NCBI GenBank assembly: GCA_043228905.1
Contig: JBHGNT010000009.1
Span: 14,384,001 to 14,448,000 of the forward strand
Source of the DNA: Azolla caroliniana
Lineage: Eukaryota > Plantae > Polypodiophyta
Length of the DNA: 64,000 nt
Reading direction: 5' to 3'
Shown here: positions 1 to 11,800 of the stretch, one piece after another
How positions within the stretch are numbered: the stretch's first letter is position 1
How the letters are laid out: each line of letters starts with the position of its first letter
Program-made: the position numbers and the translations under genes
The notes under the pieces: model-generated
Databases searched by the model: none
What the model saw: only the letters and a program-made list of their open reading frames with translations
What the model was told of the DNA's origin: nothing

Positions 1-754
1 TTTTGATGATATGTTTAATCTGTATGGTCTTTCTCCTTCTTTAGATCACTATACGTGTATGGTTGATCTATTTGGTCGAGCTGGAAATTGCAAGAAAGTT
101 TGAATGAACCTTGGTAAACTCTTGGATTCTTCTTGCAAGCTGAGCATTTGAGAAATTAATCCCTTTAGACAAAAGGTGCACCGCTGCATATGTTTGCATG
201 AAAAATCTATGTGATATGCTGTAGGGTTGCATGAAGAAGCTGTGAAAGTTGAAACTCAGAGGCTGAAAATGAAGCATGTAAGGATGTAAGGTGATTGGAC
301 ATTGATGGAAAAATCCATTGAATTAGAATGCTAACTGAGAAAATAGAGATATGCCATACACACCTCAATCACCCTTCATTGAATGTCCCATGTAATGGAC
401 AACCCACCCATAATATATGTAAATTTGATGATTGTGGGTAAGTTGAAAATTTTGACGAATTTGTGCGTGTGTGTCTCCCTCTCTACTACTAGTGTGAGAA
501 ATGCAATGCTACCCTTGGTTTTGAAGTATGCCTGCATTCATCTTTCCACTTTTTGTACTATTGGCTGGGACTACCCAAAAAGGTCTTAAAATTTTCAAGT
601 ATTGTCTAAATACTACTAAATTTTAAACTTTGGAAGTTACCCTTCTGGTAAAGGGTATTAACACCACTAATATGAAATACCAAGAGTTCAATATGCCCTT
701 AAATGAAGGTCTAATTGTTGAAATCGTGTGTATGCCCAAAAGTGGGGATGCATA

Positions 755-1250
755 GAATTGTAAAGTTAAGATAGAGACAACTTTTATATAGGTGCACTCA
801 CATTATAGATTGTATATGTAAAGCAAAAACAACATTTATGGAGGTGTGTTGACAATACATCAGCCGTAAATTTAAGGCAAAAACAACTTTTAGCTGTATT
901 CACAATATTTATATATATGTTTATATATGTAGTATGGAATTGTAAATTTAAGATAGAGAGAACTTTTATATAGGTGCACTCACATATTAGACTGTAAAGC
1001 AGAAACAGTTAGGTGTATTCACAATACATATGCTGTAAATTTAAGGTAAAAACAATTTTTACAGAGGTGTATTCACAATATATATATGTATGTATATGTA
1101 TATACATTATAAAATTGTTTTAAGGCATAAACAACTTTTACAAAAGTGTATTCATCTTTTATATTGTAAATTTTAAGGGGAAACAACTGTAATGGAAGTG
1201 TATTCACCTTACATATTTTAAAGTTAAAGCAGAAATAACTTTAATGGACA
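755..1250. repeat. Degenerate AT-rich tandem repeat (~50-60 bp unit, core tgtaaatttaaggcaaaaacaacttttacagaggtgtattcaca)
   Basis: Motif recurs with variation several times, e.g. gaattgtaaa(g/t)ttaagatagaga...ggtgcactcaca near 756 and 938. Boundaries approximate. Confidence 0.55.
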
Positions 1251-3610
1251 ACAACATCTGTCTAAGTAGATGTTGCCTTTAGCACAATGAATATATATGT
1301 AGTGTTAGTGCCACCAAAGCAAAAGCTGGTAGAATAATGCATTAGATGTTTCTCTTTGATCTTTGGGTTTCCCTCCTTTGATTAGCCCGCAATGTTGAGC
1401 AACTAGAGAAGAAAAATTGTTACATGTATCACCTATTCTCCCTTCACAAGAAGAATGGAAATAGTGTGATTGACTATGTGTTACTTTTTGAAGGTATCTT
1501 GGATCGCATACACAAGTTCGGACTTGGTGAATTGACATGAGAATGTGATCATATGACTATTATTGACCTCAAAAGCCTGGAAATGTCTGAGTAGCCTAGC
1601 TTGGAAGGAGATGAAAATGAATTACTAGCAACCTAACATTAACTTAGGCAAATGGAAAGCACATTACTAGGATAGTCTAAGTTTGTTGAATTTTATTTTT
1701 GATTTTGAAAAGATTAAAAATCTCCTATCCTTATGTAGCAAATAATGCTCAAAGTTTGTGAACAAATTTACAAGTTTGTAGAATGAGATTGTTATTAGTC
1801 AACCCCAAGAAGGCATCAATGAATTTCAAGCAATTGGCACAAATAGCATTCATATTTGTAGAATACAAGCTATTTCTAAAAGTAATTGTGTACTAAATGA
1901 GAGATACCTCGTACAAAGACTTTCACCCAGAGATATATGTATACCTTTATCCCATGCAAACATATCAAAGATAATATCGGAAATGCTTATCTTTGTATGG
2001 ACTGCCAAATTCACAAAATATGATGATTTGTTGTTGAAAATTGACATGGAAAGGTGTTTCCAAACATTGAGGTGGGATTAATAGGTCAAATTATGCATAA
2101 ACATGGATTTGTAAGAAAATTTTCAAATACTTCGTATTTCTTCTTGCAACATAGCGAGTCCTCGTGTGTCTTTGATAGAGATTTGCAAAAGTACGGTCAA
2201 TAAGAAAGTGGATACAACCATGTGCTTTACTCTATAATAACAGAGCTTTACTCTATGATAATAATACCCACCAAGTGCTTTACTCTATTTTATTGCTTGA
2301 CACACCCTCCGACTATGGTATATGCATCATTTGATAGCAAAGTGGTGGAAACATCATTGTATGTAGCTTCCTATAGGAAACATTGATATATAAGACATAT
2401 GTTGATGCTTCGTCCTTTTCAACTAATAATATTGTGTGATTTATGATGTATAACGAATCATGCAAACTTTCTACAAATTGGAGACATTCATAAAGAGGTT
2501 GTGTCAAAGAGGACTTGAAGATACGAAAGACAAAAATAAGCAGTTAATGAAGAATCACTCATTGCTACACTATCCATATTGTGTACTTTGAAAACGTACA
2601 AAATTTGATACAATGGGGGAAAAAATGCCAGCACCCTGTAAGTGATTGGGAAAGAGGGCAAACAACCGAAAGGATTTTCCAAATTATATGTTTAGAAACT
2701 TGAGTGAGGATTGTTTTTGAGTTAACAATAAACGTTCTTGTTGATGAAGTCCACAATAAGTAATCATTGCTTTTGATATTCTTCTATACTAACAGGTCAC
2801 GCAGTGAATAATTCTCCTTTTCTCTATGTGAGATCATACTAGAAGCACAGTCAATAAGCATCTCTACAAGCACACCCCTAGCACTAAACTTGAATTCCTG
2901 AATCAAGTCCTATCTTCCACCATCCGTCAGATTTGGTGATTTTGCTAAAAACCTTGTCCATGAATCTAAAACCGAGAAATGGAACAGAGTAGTTTATAGG
3001 TGCAATGAACTGATAATGGAAAGGATGTGCTTATTAATGAAATTTAGCCAATTGAATGCTTCTAGAGGTGGTATGATGGTGAATGGTTGTGGTTGAGTTT
3101 GTTCCATGTGCTTGCTATAAGTTTCATTCCGTCCTTGATCATCTCTATCCTCTCTTCTTTAACACATGTAATAGTGTGATACAAATAAATAAGAAGTGTC
3201 TGTCATACCTAATGCCTCTTGGCAATCAGGGTAGATTCAACACTTTTGACCTAGTGGTACATAAAGCTCTTTTTTTTCTTTCCAAACTCCAATAATTGTG
3301 ATCTGGAATAATTATTTGTGGAACAATAATAATTAAAACTTGACGAGGCCTACTTCCTCTATCTTTGTAGTTCTGACTAAATATGTCAACGTACATGTTA
3401 TTATTACCAATTGATCACCAAATTAGAGGAAGGAAATGCATCGGAAATGGATGATTTTCTCTTACCTTTCATCAGTGTGAGAATCTGAAAATGTCAAAAG
3501 CTCAATTTTGATCTTCAAGACCTTCAGAAGAGAGTCCCCAATAGCACATTCAAACGAACAAAATGCGTTTCCATAAAATGTATAATACCACAAACACAGG
3601 GAGGGTTACT

Positions 3611-6600
3611 CTATATCATAGTGGCTGGGGGCGGCATGTCCATTTTCGTTGTTGAAGGAAGGCGCGTGCTTTGCACATCTGGCTCCCGGGCAGCACGGCG
3701 TCGTCCTCCAATCCGTGGCATGCCACTATAGAGTATGGGCCTCTCAGGAATGGGCACATACTTTCCTGCAAAAGCAATTGGCCAGCTCACTGAGCCGATT
3801 CCAATGCTGATCAACCAATACTTCCACGACAGCTTCACCGTTGATGCAAAGCTGTTGAGAAACTCCACTATCACGATCTGCATCACCACCGTGATGCCGA
3901 TGATCCCGACAAACAGCCAGTTCGTAAAGATTCCCTGGAACACGTTCTTGTCCTCGAGCTTCCGTGCATTCACTTCGTTGAAGAGCTGGCAGAACACAAA
4001 CGCATTGAATATGACAGTCCTGTTGATTTGGGAGGCGTTTGGTACACCAGACAGCCCCATGAGCTTCTCTCCCTTGAACTGAAGGGCCAGGAGAATGGCA
4101 AGCTGATAGAGGGCCTGGAAGAAGATGTTCCTCCACATGACATTGGAGATGAGGGGTTCTCTCCGCCCGACCGGGGGCACGTCCAGCAGGTTATCAGTGG
4201 GCCGCTCTGTAGCAAGTGCCAGCGCTCCCAACGTGTCCATGATCAGATTCACCCACAGAAGCTGTACAGCAGTCAATGGCACCTCCCCTGATGATACTGC
4301 CGCCACAAAATTTATGGAGAGTGCTGCCACATTCACGGTCAATTGGAACTGGATGAATTTCTGTATGTTGCGGTAAATTGATCGCCCCCACCGTACCACT
4401 TTCACGACCGATGCGAAATTGTCATCCATAATCACAATGTCTGAGCTCTCCTTTGCAACTTCTGTGCCTTGGATGCCCATGGCGAGACCAACATCTGCTT
4501 CTCGGATCGCCGGTGCATCATTAGTACCATCACCTGTCACAGCAACAACCTCGCCCATTTCCCTCAATGTCCTCACCATCAACAGCTTATCCGTCGGAGA
4601 TGATCTCGCCAGGATAGAGATGCTTGGCAAACGCTGCTTTCTTTCGTCGTTCGAATAGTTACGGAATTCTCTTCCTTCGATAGCAATATCCCCATCCAGA
4701 AGGATCCCACACTCTACGGAAATTGCTTTTGCCGTCATGAGGTTGTCTCCTGTCACCATTCGTACCTTGATACCCGCTGCCTGGCAGCGCTTAACGGCTT
4801 CACGGACCTCAGGTCGGCAAGGATCCTTGATCCCAACAATGGCGAGAAGGGTCAAGTTAGGACCACTGGGAATCTCCCAATCCTCTATCATCTCATCACC
4901 ACTTGGTACGTCCACAGGATCGACATCCATATATGCAAAGGCTATGCACCGTAAGCTCTCGGAAGCCATACCCTCTATTTCTCGCATCAATCGGCTTCTC
5001 TCATCGCTTGTAATGGGGATTGTCGTATTATTTGATGACATCATTTTGTCACACTCTTCTACAATGATCTCTGCAGCCCCTTTCCAATGCACGCGTACTT
5101 CGTCACCCGCTTGGACGGCCACACCTCCCCGTTTCTTTATGGAATTGAAGGACTCAACTTGCAAGATCCTAGATAGCGATTTCACCATAGCATAGTCCAT
5201 CCCCAGCTTCAAACCCCAAAGTAAAGCAGCTTTTTCCGTCGCAGAGCCAGTGAGTTCAGGCTCTCCGCCACATTTGTCTGGGACAAAGACGCTGCCCGTA
5301 CTATTTTGTACAATGCCCTCCAGGAGAATATTCCGATAATGTTCATCCATGAGTCCTTCTTGTTGAATTATATTATCCTCAGGTCCAGTAGATTCATCTC
5401 GACTATTATTTATTCTAGCACCACAAATCCAAGACTTGACAACAGTCATCTGGTTGAGTGTCAGTGTGCCAGTTTTATCACTACAAATGGTGGTAGCACA
5501 GCCCATGGTTTCACATGCCGACAATCTCCGCACGAGGGCTTTGTCAGCCATCATTTTCTTCATCGCATAGGCAAGCGACAGAGTGACCGCCAGTGGGAGA
5601 CCCTCAGGAACAGCCACAACTACGATCGTCACAGCAATCGCAAATATTTTCACCACACTGTTGAATGCCACGGTTCCCGATGTTTGCCCAGCCTTGAATT
5701 TTCCTGAGCTATCGACACCTTCTGTGTGGCCCACAAAGTAGAAGATGATGAGAATAACAAGAACAGCGCTTGCGACAGTGAGCCCGACTTTCCCGATGAG
5801 GGTGGCCACACCGTTGAGGCGTACCTGCAAAGGGGTTTCTTCTCCTGTATCTTCACCGATGGCTGCCATTAGTTGGCCCCACTCGGTGAGCATTCCAACT
5901 GCCGTTACGACCATGATACCCTGCCCATCATCCACCTTGCCACCAGATGAGAGGAATGGCATCCTCCGATGCACATGGATTGGCTCACTCTCACCAGTGA
6001 TGCCAGACTGATCTATGTGCAATGAATGCCCATCTACGAACAACCCATCAGCTGGTACTTGATCCCCAATGCTAAGGAGAACAATGTCACCCACCACGAT
6101 TCGAAAGATGGATAGCTCCTGCCTCCTACCATCTCTAATAACCTCCACTTGAATATTCCTTTTCTCTTCATTCAATGCAGAGAACTGAAGAGATTGTCTA
6201 TAATCACTTATGGACGTCACTAGAATGACTATAATCACAGCAAAACTGATGGCGACTCCGTCGTGCCAACCTGTCCTCACACCCTCAGTTTTCATGCCCA
6301 ACACTAGAGATGCCACAGCACAGACCATAAGTATAATCAGCGTGAGATCTTTGCATGCATCGATGATGAAGGCCCAGAAGGGTTTAGGGGGTTGTCGTAT
6401 GTATGTGTTCGATCCATAAGCTTTTGTTCTCGCTTCAATGTATGCAGGGTCATTAGGTATACCCTTATCGGGATCCGTTTTGAGGCGCCTCATCACTCCC
6501 TCCACATCCCCAAGTTCTTGCATAAGAACATCAGTTTGATGCTCTTGAACCAGACGCACTAAATCTTCGGGTTTCAATGCAAAGTTGTCATCGTCGAGAG

Positions 6601-6997
6601 CCAAAGGGCGATGTATGATTCCTCCAGCTTTCAGGAAACGATTGACAGCTCGTATTGCATGAGCACTTGCACGGAATTGTCTGACAGCCTTTTGTCTCTG
6701 TTGTTCCTGGTCCATGGAAGCAGTGTATCGGAATCTGCGGGCTGCATTCAGCACAAGGGTTGCCTTCTTCCATCGCTGGAGACTTCCTAATTCATGATGT
6801 TTCCCCGGGATGTCAAACACATCATCATCCTCATCCTCATCCTCATCCTCATCCTCATCCTGGGTAGAAACATGAACACGCGTGTGCACTGATGAGTCGA
6901 ATTCCTTGTTGAGACGATACCCATCCTGATTCGAAACCAGAGAGAAGGTGGGCGGGTCGACTTCTAAGGCCCTAGATCCATCTGATGACAGGTCCAT
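3611..6997 (-). CDS. ACA: Autoinhibited P-type IIB Ca2+-transporting ATPase (ACA family), single exon, 1128 aa
   Basis: Motifs SDKTGTLT (phosphorylation site), PEGLPLAV, TGES, GDGTNDAPA and QLLWVNLIMDTLGALALATE. N-terminal CaM-binding/autoinhibitory segment LQRWKKATLVLNAARRFRYT. Uninterrupted ORF. Confidence 0.96.
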   Translation of the reverse strand: MDLSSDGSRALEVDPPTFSLVSNQDGYRLNKEFDSSVHTRVHVSTQDEDEDEDEDEDDDVFDIPGKHHELGSLQRWKKATLVLNAARRFRYTASMDQEQQRQKAVRQFRASAHAIRAVNRFLKAGGIIHRPLALDDDNFALKPEDLVRLVQEHQTDVLMQELGDVEGVMRRLKTDPDKGIPNDPAYIEARTKAYGSNTYIRQPPKPFWAFIIDACKDLTLIILMVCAVASLVLGMKTEGVRTGWHDGVAISFAVIIVILVTSISDYRQSLQFSALNEEKRNIQVEVIRDGRRQELSIFRIVVGDIVLLSIGDQVPADGLFVDGHSLHIDQSGITGESEPIHVHRRMPFLSSGGKVDDGQGIMVVTAVGMLTEWGQLMAAIGEDTGEETPLQVRLNGVATLIGKVGLTVASAVLVILIIFYFVGHTEGVDSSGKFKAGQTSGTVAFNSVVKIFAIAVTIVVVAVPEGLPLAVTLSLAYAMKKMMADKALVRRLSACETMGCATTICSDKTGTLTLNQMTVVKSWICGARINNSRDESTGPEDNIIQQEGLMDEHYRNILLEGIVQNSTGSVFVPDKCGGEPELTGSATEKAALLWGLKLGMDYAMVKSLSRILQVESFNSIKKRGGVAVQAGDEVRVHWKGAAEIIVEECDKMMSSNNTTIPITSDERSRLMREIEGMASESLRCIAFAYMDVDPVDVPSGDEMIEDWEIPSGPNLTLLAIVGIKDPCRPEVREAVKRCQAAGIKVRMVTGDNLMTAKAISVECGILLDGDIAIEGREFRNYSNDERKQRLPSISILARSSPTDKLLMVRTLREMGEVVAVTGDGTNDAPAIREADVGLAMGIQGTEVAKESSDIVIMDDNFASVVKVVRWGRSIYRNIQKFIQFQLTVNVAALSINFVAAVSSGEVPLTAVQLLWVNLIMDTLGALALATERPTDNLLDVPPVGRREPLISNVMWRNIFFQALYQLAILLALQFKGEKLMGLSGVPNASQINRTVIFNAFVFCQLFNEVNARKLEDKNVFQGIFTNWLFVGIIGITVVMQIVIVEFLNSFASTVKLSWKYWLISIGIGSVSWPIAFAGKYVPIPERPILYSGMPRIGGRRRAAREPDVQSTRLPSTTKMDMPPPATMI

Positions 6998-7188
6998 GAC
7001 AAATTGGCCGATACTGGAGGAAGCAGGGAAACACGATAGGCTCCGTCGAGCAGGTCCAGTGAAGAAGAGAGATGATACTCAGAGGATACTGAGCAGGCGG
7101 TGGCCATGGAGATGGCGGCGGATCCATGGCAGCAGGAGGAGGTGGAGAACGGGAGCGCTCATTATTAAAAGTGGAGAAAGGGATTAGA

Positions 7189-7406
7189 GTGTTGTTGTTG
7201 TTGTTGTTGTGTAGTAGTAGTAGTAGTAGTGTTGTGAGGTGAGGAGGAGATTGTTGATGTCTGAGAAGAAGAGAGGGAGAGAGATGAGGCGCGAAGGATC
7301 GATGAAGCTTCCTACGCCCCATGTGAGAGTGAGAGTGAGAGGAGACGAGATTATTATTATTATTATAATATCATTTCTGTCTCCTTCTCTCGCTCTCTCT
7401 ATTTTA

Positions 7407-7440
<34 letters not shown>

Positions 7441-7556
7441 AAAGTGAGAGAGTGAGCGAGTAAGTAAGTGTAGCTTTTTAATTACATATGTATTGTGTTC
7501 CCATGGGAAGAGGAAAGAAAACCCCATCCCTAACCCTAACCCTAACCCTAACCCTA
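7189..7556. repeat. Microsatellite cluster upstream of ACA: (GTT)n, (AGT)n, (ATT)n, (TCTG)n, (CCCTAA)4
   Basis: Directly visible simple repeats; the CCCTAA run is at 7528-7556. Confidence 0.85.
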
Positions 7557-7929
7557 TACACCACAAAAAGAAAGATAACAAATGGAACCAAAATCTACGT
7601 CACTTAAAAGAAATAATGGTCACCTCATTTTGGCTCAATAGATTTTGGTTCAATTTATACCATGTCCAAACTTTTAGGGCTTTCCAAAAATGCCTAAATA
7701 ATCGTCACATGAAACTTACAAAAGAATGTACAAATTTTACAAAAGGACTACCACCTATATTTATACATATTCGTGCAATCACCTGTGGGATGGGTCGCTT
7801 GCCACACCCACTACACAACGAATCAATTGACAATTTTAATACGATATTTACATTTCATTATATCAGAACTATCACTTCCCAAAGCTACTACACCTTCCCC
7901 GTCAAACCCATCCGATGAACTAGAAGAGC

Positions 7930-8870
7930 TTATTCACTAGCAACCAATGCACTGTCTTCATACAATTGTAATCCAACATCACTGTGATTTTGAGACGTCC
8001 TTGTTCGTCTCTGTGTTGCGTTAGGAGGCACATCTGGGATCTTTTCTTTTATTATCTTGATTGTGGTTTGTCTTAGATGGCCTGTTTTGGTCAAGGAGAA
8101 GTCATACACTAATATGTCTACATTATCAAGTGTCAGAGTATACATGCTCGGTAGATTATTTCTTCTCCGTGTTCTGCTTGTGCCTCCGACATCCTTAACC
8201 ACCTCTAAAGAGTACTTCCCAGTAAATGCATATGCATCTGGGGAAGACGTGCAATACCAATGAACCACAATGGACTGAATTTGATTGCCTTCTTCATCCT
8301 TAATAATTTCGGTGATTTTAGCAATCCAAAAGGAATGGCCCAACTTATCACCCCCAACTAAAGTTGCAACCAAAATACCAACTTGTAGCTCATGTAGATT
8401 GCCTTGCCATCTCGCCTCTGCAACATGCAATATTCTTGGTCCCATGTAAATATCTCTTTGTCGTGGACGAACTAGATTATTCAATTCAGGATTATCTAGT
8501 GATTGTAAACGAGTCGTGCTCACCATTGATGGGCCACCAATATTCCATTTGAATTGATTTTGGAGTGGCCAGTAACCGGCCAAGTGGTTATCTAAAATTG
8601 TATGCTAATAGTTAAAGAAGTTACCCCACTATTCAACATCCTGATCACCATCGTACTTTTTGGTACGCTCAATATTTTTGCGTTTTTCTTCAAGGCACCA
8701 CATCCAATATATCTTTTGCTCTTCAATCGAACTACCAGTAGCCAATCTTTTATGGTCGTCATACAACATTTGTTCTACACCATGGATTATCAACATTTGT
8801 TCTACACCATGGCTCCCATTGTGAACTAGATGAGTATTGTTTGGCATACAACATCGTCTGGTTGTGGTTA
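7930..8870 (-). pseudogene. Transposase C-terminal fragment (copy A)
   Basis: RQRDIYMGPR, AEARWQGNLHEL, GHSFWIAKI, AFTGKYSLE and VDILVYDFSLTKTG match the C-terminus of the 926-aa ORF at 52689-55469. Confidence 0.88.
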
Positions 8871-8898
8871 ATAGAACATCTTTTTATGAGGAAGACGT

Positions 8899-11800
8899 TG
8901 TCGAGAAGAAAACCGTCCCGAGGCGGAATCCGGGAATAATGTGCATGAACTGGTCCTTACATGCGAGCACAAAGTTTGATGTATTGTACATAGTTAGGTA
9001 CAGACCGGCCGATGTAAATATCCTAGGTAGCGCGTATTCATTAGGTAGGAAATCGAGGAGTATCTTTGTCCAAAAGGACAGAGAATAATGGTGGTGTGAC
9101 CGGTTCTAACGTCTTTCCTTCCTTGGGCTATAAAAGAGAGGGAAAGGGGTAGAGTCGGTATCGCGTTTTGGGGAGGACGAAGTGCTGTTGGACCGGGACC
9201 GAGCTCTTCTCTTCTGTCTTTCTCTATTGTTGCTCTCTGCAGTTTTTGGGAGGCTGCCTCTGCTTCATGGAAAGCCCGAGTGCTTCCGACAGAGTCTCCA
9301 TCTCGCGTTTCTGTGTGTGCGTGCAAGTGTTAGAGCATTGTCGCTCACCGATTTGCTGATTGTAAACCTAATCATATACATACATATATATATATATATC
9401 TATATATTCGTCTTGTTTCTGTTATCGAATCAGTTGCGAGCTCTGTGTATTTGAGTGCGTGTGTGGCTTGACCATTGTTCCTACGTCGCTCCTCCCTCTG
9501 TTCGGTTATCCCTCGGTTCAAGGCCCCCGCGGTCCCGCTTTAGACTCTCCTGCGCAAGCGGAACAACATGACATAATTTGGTGAACCCGACATGAAAAAA
9601 GTCGGTAGAGGAATGAAAAGATGAGGGGATCGGAGCTTGCCGAAGCCATGGCTTTTGTCGTTGATCGGATAGTGAGTGTGCGTGAGGGCACAAGCGCCCT
9701 TGCCCTTGACAGGGCCATCGAAGCGATTGTTGGTAGAATAGGCCGGTTCGGTGGGAAGGACGCCATGAGCTATCTGGAGGCCTGCCGAGATGAAATGGTA
9801 ATGAGGGACATTCCGGAGGACAGGCGGCTGGCCGGATTCCCTCGAGTGGCAATGTCGGGCATCCATGCGGAGGTACTTGAGGTGCGGGTTGAGTGCCGGA
9901 CTTGGGAAGAATTTGAAGGTCGGCTCCTTGAGAAGTACGGGCTTGTTGACGAGCTTCGGCTATCGAAGCAGGACTTTGTGGAGTGGGTGGAGACACCTGA
10001 AAAGGGGAGAAACATGTCGGTGCTCCTCCGGGAGTTTGAGGAACGCTTTGCACGGCTCTCAGCACTGGACAGGACCATACTAGATACGAGCCGGGTTCTG
10101 TTGTTCGTAAAGGCTGTGGACGTGCGGGATCGGGAGCAAGTGGGTCTCCTGTTGGAGACAGACGACGACTTGATGACCAACTGGGCTGTGGTGAAAAGAG
10201 TCTGCGGCCGTTTCGACAAATGGCGTGAGTGGGGCGACAAGGGCTCATCGGGGGCGGGATCTGTTGTGGTAAGAAAGCTCGAGGGACCACTACTGACGTA
10301 AAGGGAGGAAACTCGGGATTGGCTCGAGACAGGCTCGACATCGACCAGTGTGGTCAAAGGCCCGTTTGGAGGAGCGGCTCTGGAAGAGCTGACGTAGATG
10401 GTACGAGACCTCCAGATTGCACAGGCAAGGAGGGACAATGGCGAGCAGCCTCGTGACTGAAGGCCTCCGGTTGGGCATCGGTGCTTGTGGTGTGACGCGG
10501 TCGGTCACTACCGGAAGGATTGCAGGGACTTCGCGAAAGCGCTCAGGGCTAACGTGGTGTACCTGTGGAACGGGCGGTTGCATGCTAGCGAGACCCGAAG
10601 AGCCCTGGAGTTGAACATCGAACGCGGAGGAATGAAGCGGCTGATGGAAGAAGCGGCGGCGCGCCATTCGGAGACCATCCACAACTCAACGTCGGCAGGA
10701 ATCCAGGTCAGGAGTGACGAAGGACTCCGGGTTTTGGCCGTTGGTGCTAGAAGGCCTCGTTGGCGTACGATTGAGGAAGGAGGAAGCGGACCGTGCGGAA
10801 AGGCGGGTCTGGGAAAAGGCGGGTCCGGGAAGTCACCGGGTGGGGCGACCCAATTGAGGAAAAGACCGGCTTCGTGGAAGCCGCGTGCCAAAACTACGAG
10901 GTTCTGGTAGAGGACAAGCGTGCAGGAAAAACCGGAGGGGCCGGACCCTCGCAACGGTATGAGACCCGATTCGGGTCGAAGCAGAATGACGCCGATACCA
11001 CCGATGCACCGGACAAGACAAAGAAGGCCAGTTATTGGCTGAGCATCGAGATAGAAAGGACGATGGATCTACGAAAGGTCTTGGAGGAACGAATCCTCGA
11101 TAGTAAGGTGGAGCTGTCGTTAAGGGAAGTGTTCGGGATCGCCAAGAAGGAGTTCCACGACTCCATCGTGGACTTGGTGAAGTGGAAATGACTTTCGACA
11201 GAGCCAGAGCCGGAGAAGCCGGTGGAGGTGCAAACGACACACCTGGAAGATATGGCCCTGGAGGACGAGTTGGCGGAAAGCCACTATTCGAGGCTGCATT
11301 GGGCTAGAGCCACTATGGAGACCCCCGTTCGGATCGGAGACGTCTAGGAGCCGGTGGTGGCATTGGTAGACCACGGGTTAGAGATCAACCTGATGTCCAT
11401 GGACTTCTACAAGAAGGGTAAGTGGCCGATCAACACCAAGCACGGGTGGAAAATATGAGCGGCGACGCGCGCCACAGAGGAACTACATGGGGCCTGCCCA
11501 AATGTACGAGTGAAGATCGGCGATGTCGAGATTGATCAACACTTCTTCGTGCAGGAGACATCCTCGCACCCAGTGATCCTCGGCGAACCGTACATCACGG
11601 TGGCACGCATGGAGATGAAGGTGTTGGATAACAGTTCGGCGTACGCCCGAGTGAAGAGCCAAGATGGGCGACACTCCATCCAATTTCTAACGGTGCGACC
11701 GAACCACGAGCACAACCGCGAGACCCTCAACGGCGAAGGTTGAGGGGATTTTTAGAGAGGGTTATCAAGGCGTGGGGCCGCGATAGTCCGGACACCCCGA

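Noticed and set aside
1300-3400. Short ORFs as a decayed gene or transposase
   Set aside because: AT-rich with no recognisable motifs; cannot be supported without a search.
3735-6773. Overlapping and antisense ORFs within ACA, and similar ones within retrotransposon pol regions
   Set aside because: Shadow frames of real coding sequence with no independent motifs.
7528-7556. (CCCTAA)4 as an interstitial telomere
   Set aside because: Only about four units among several other microsatellites; too short to support the claim.
7764-7800. Possible TIR of copy A (acatattcgtgcaatcacctgtgggat, weakly like the copy B TIR)
   Set aside because: Similarity is weak, and no partner TIR or TSD could be found in the window.
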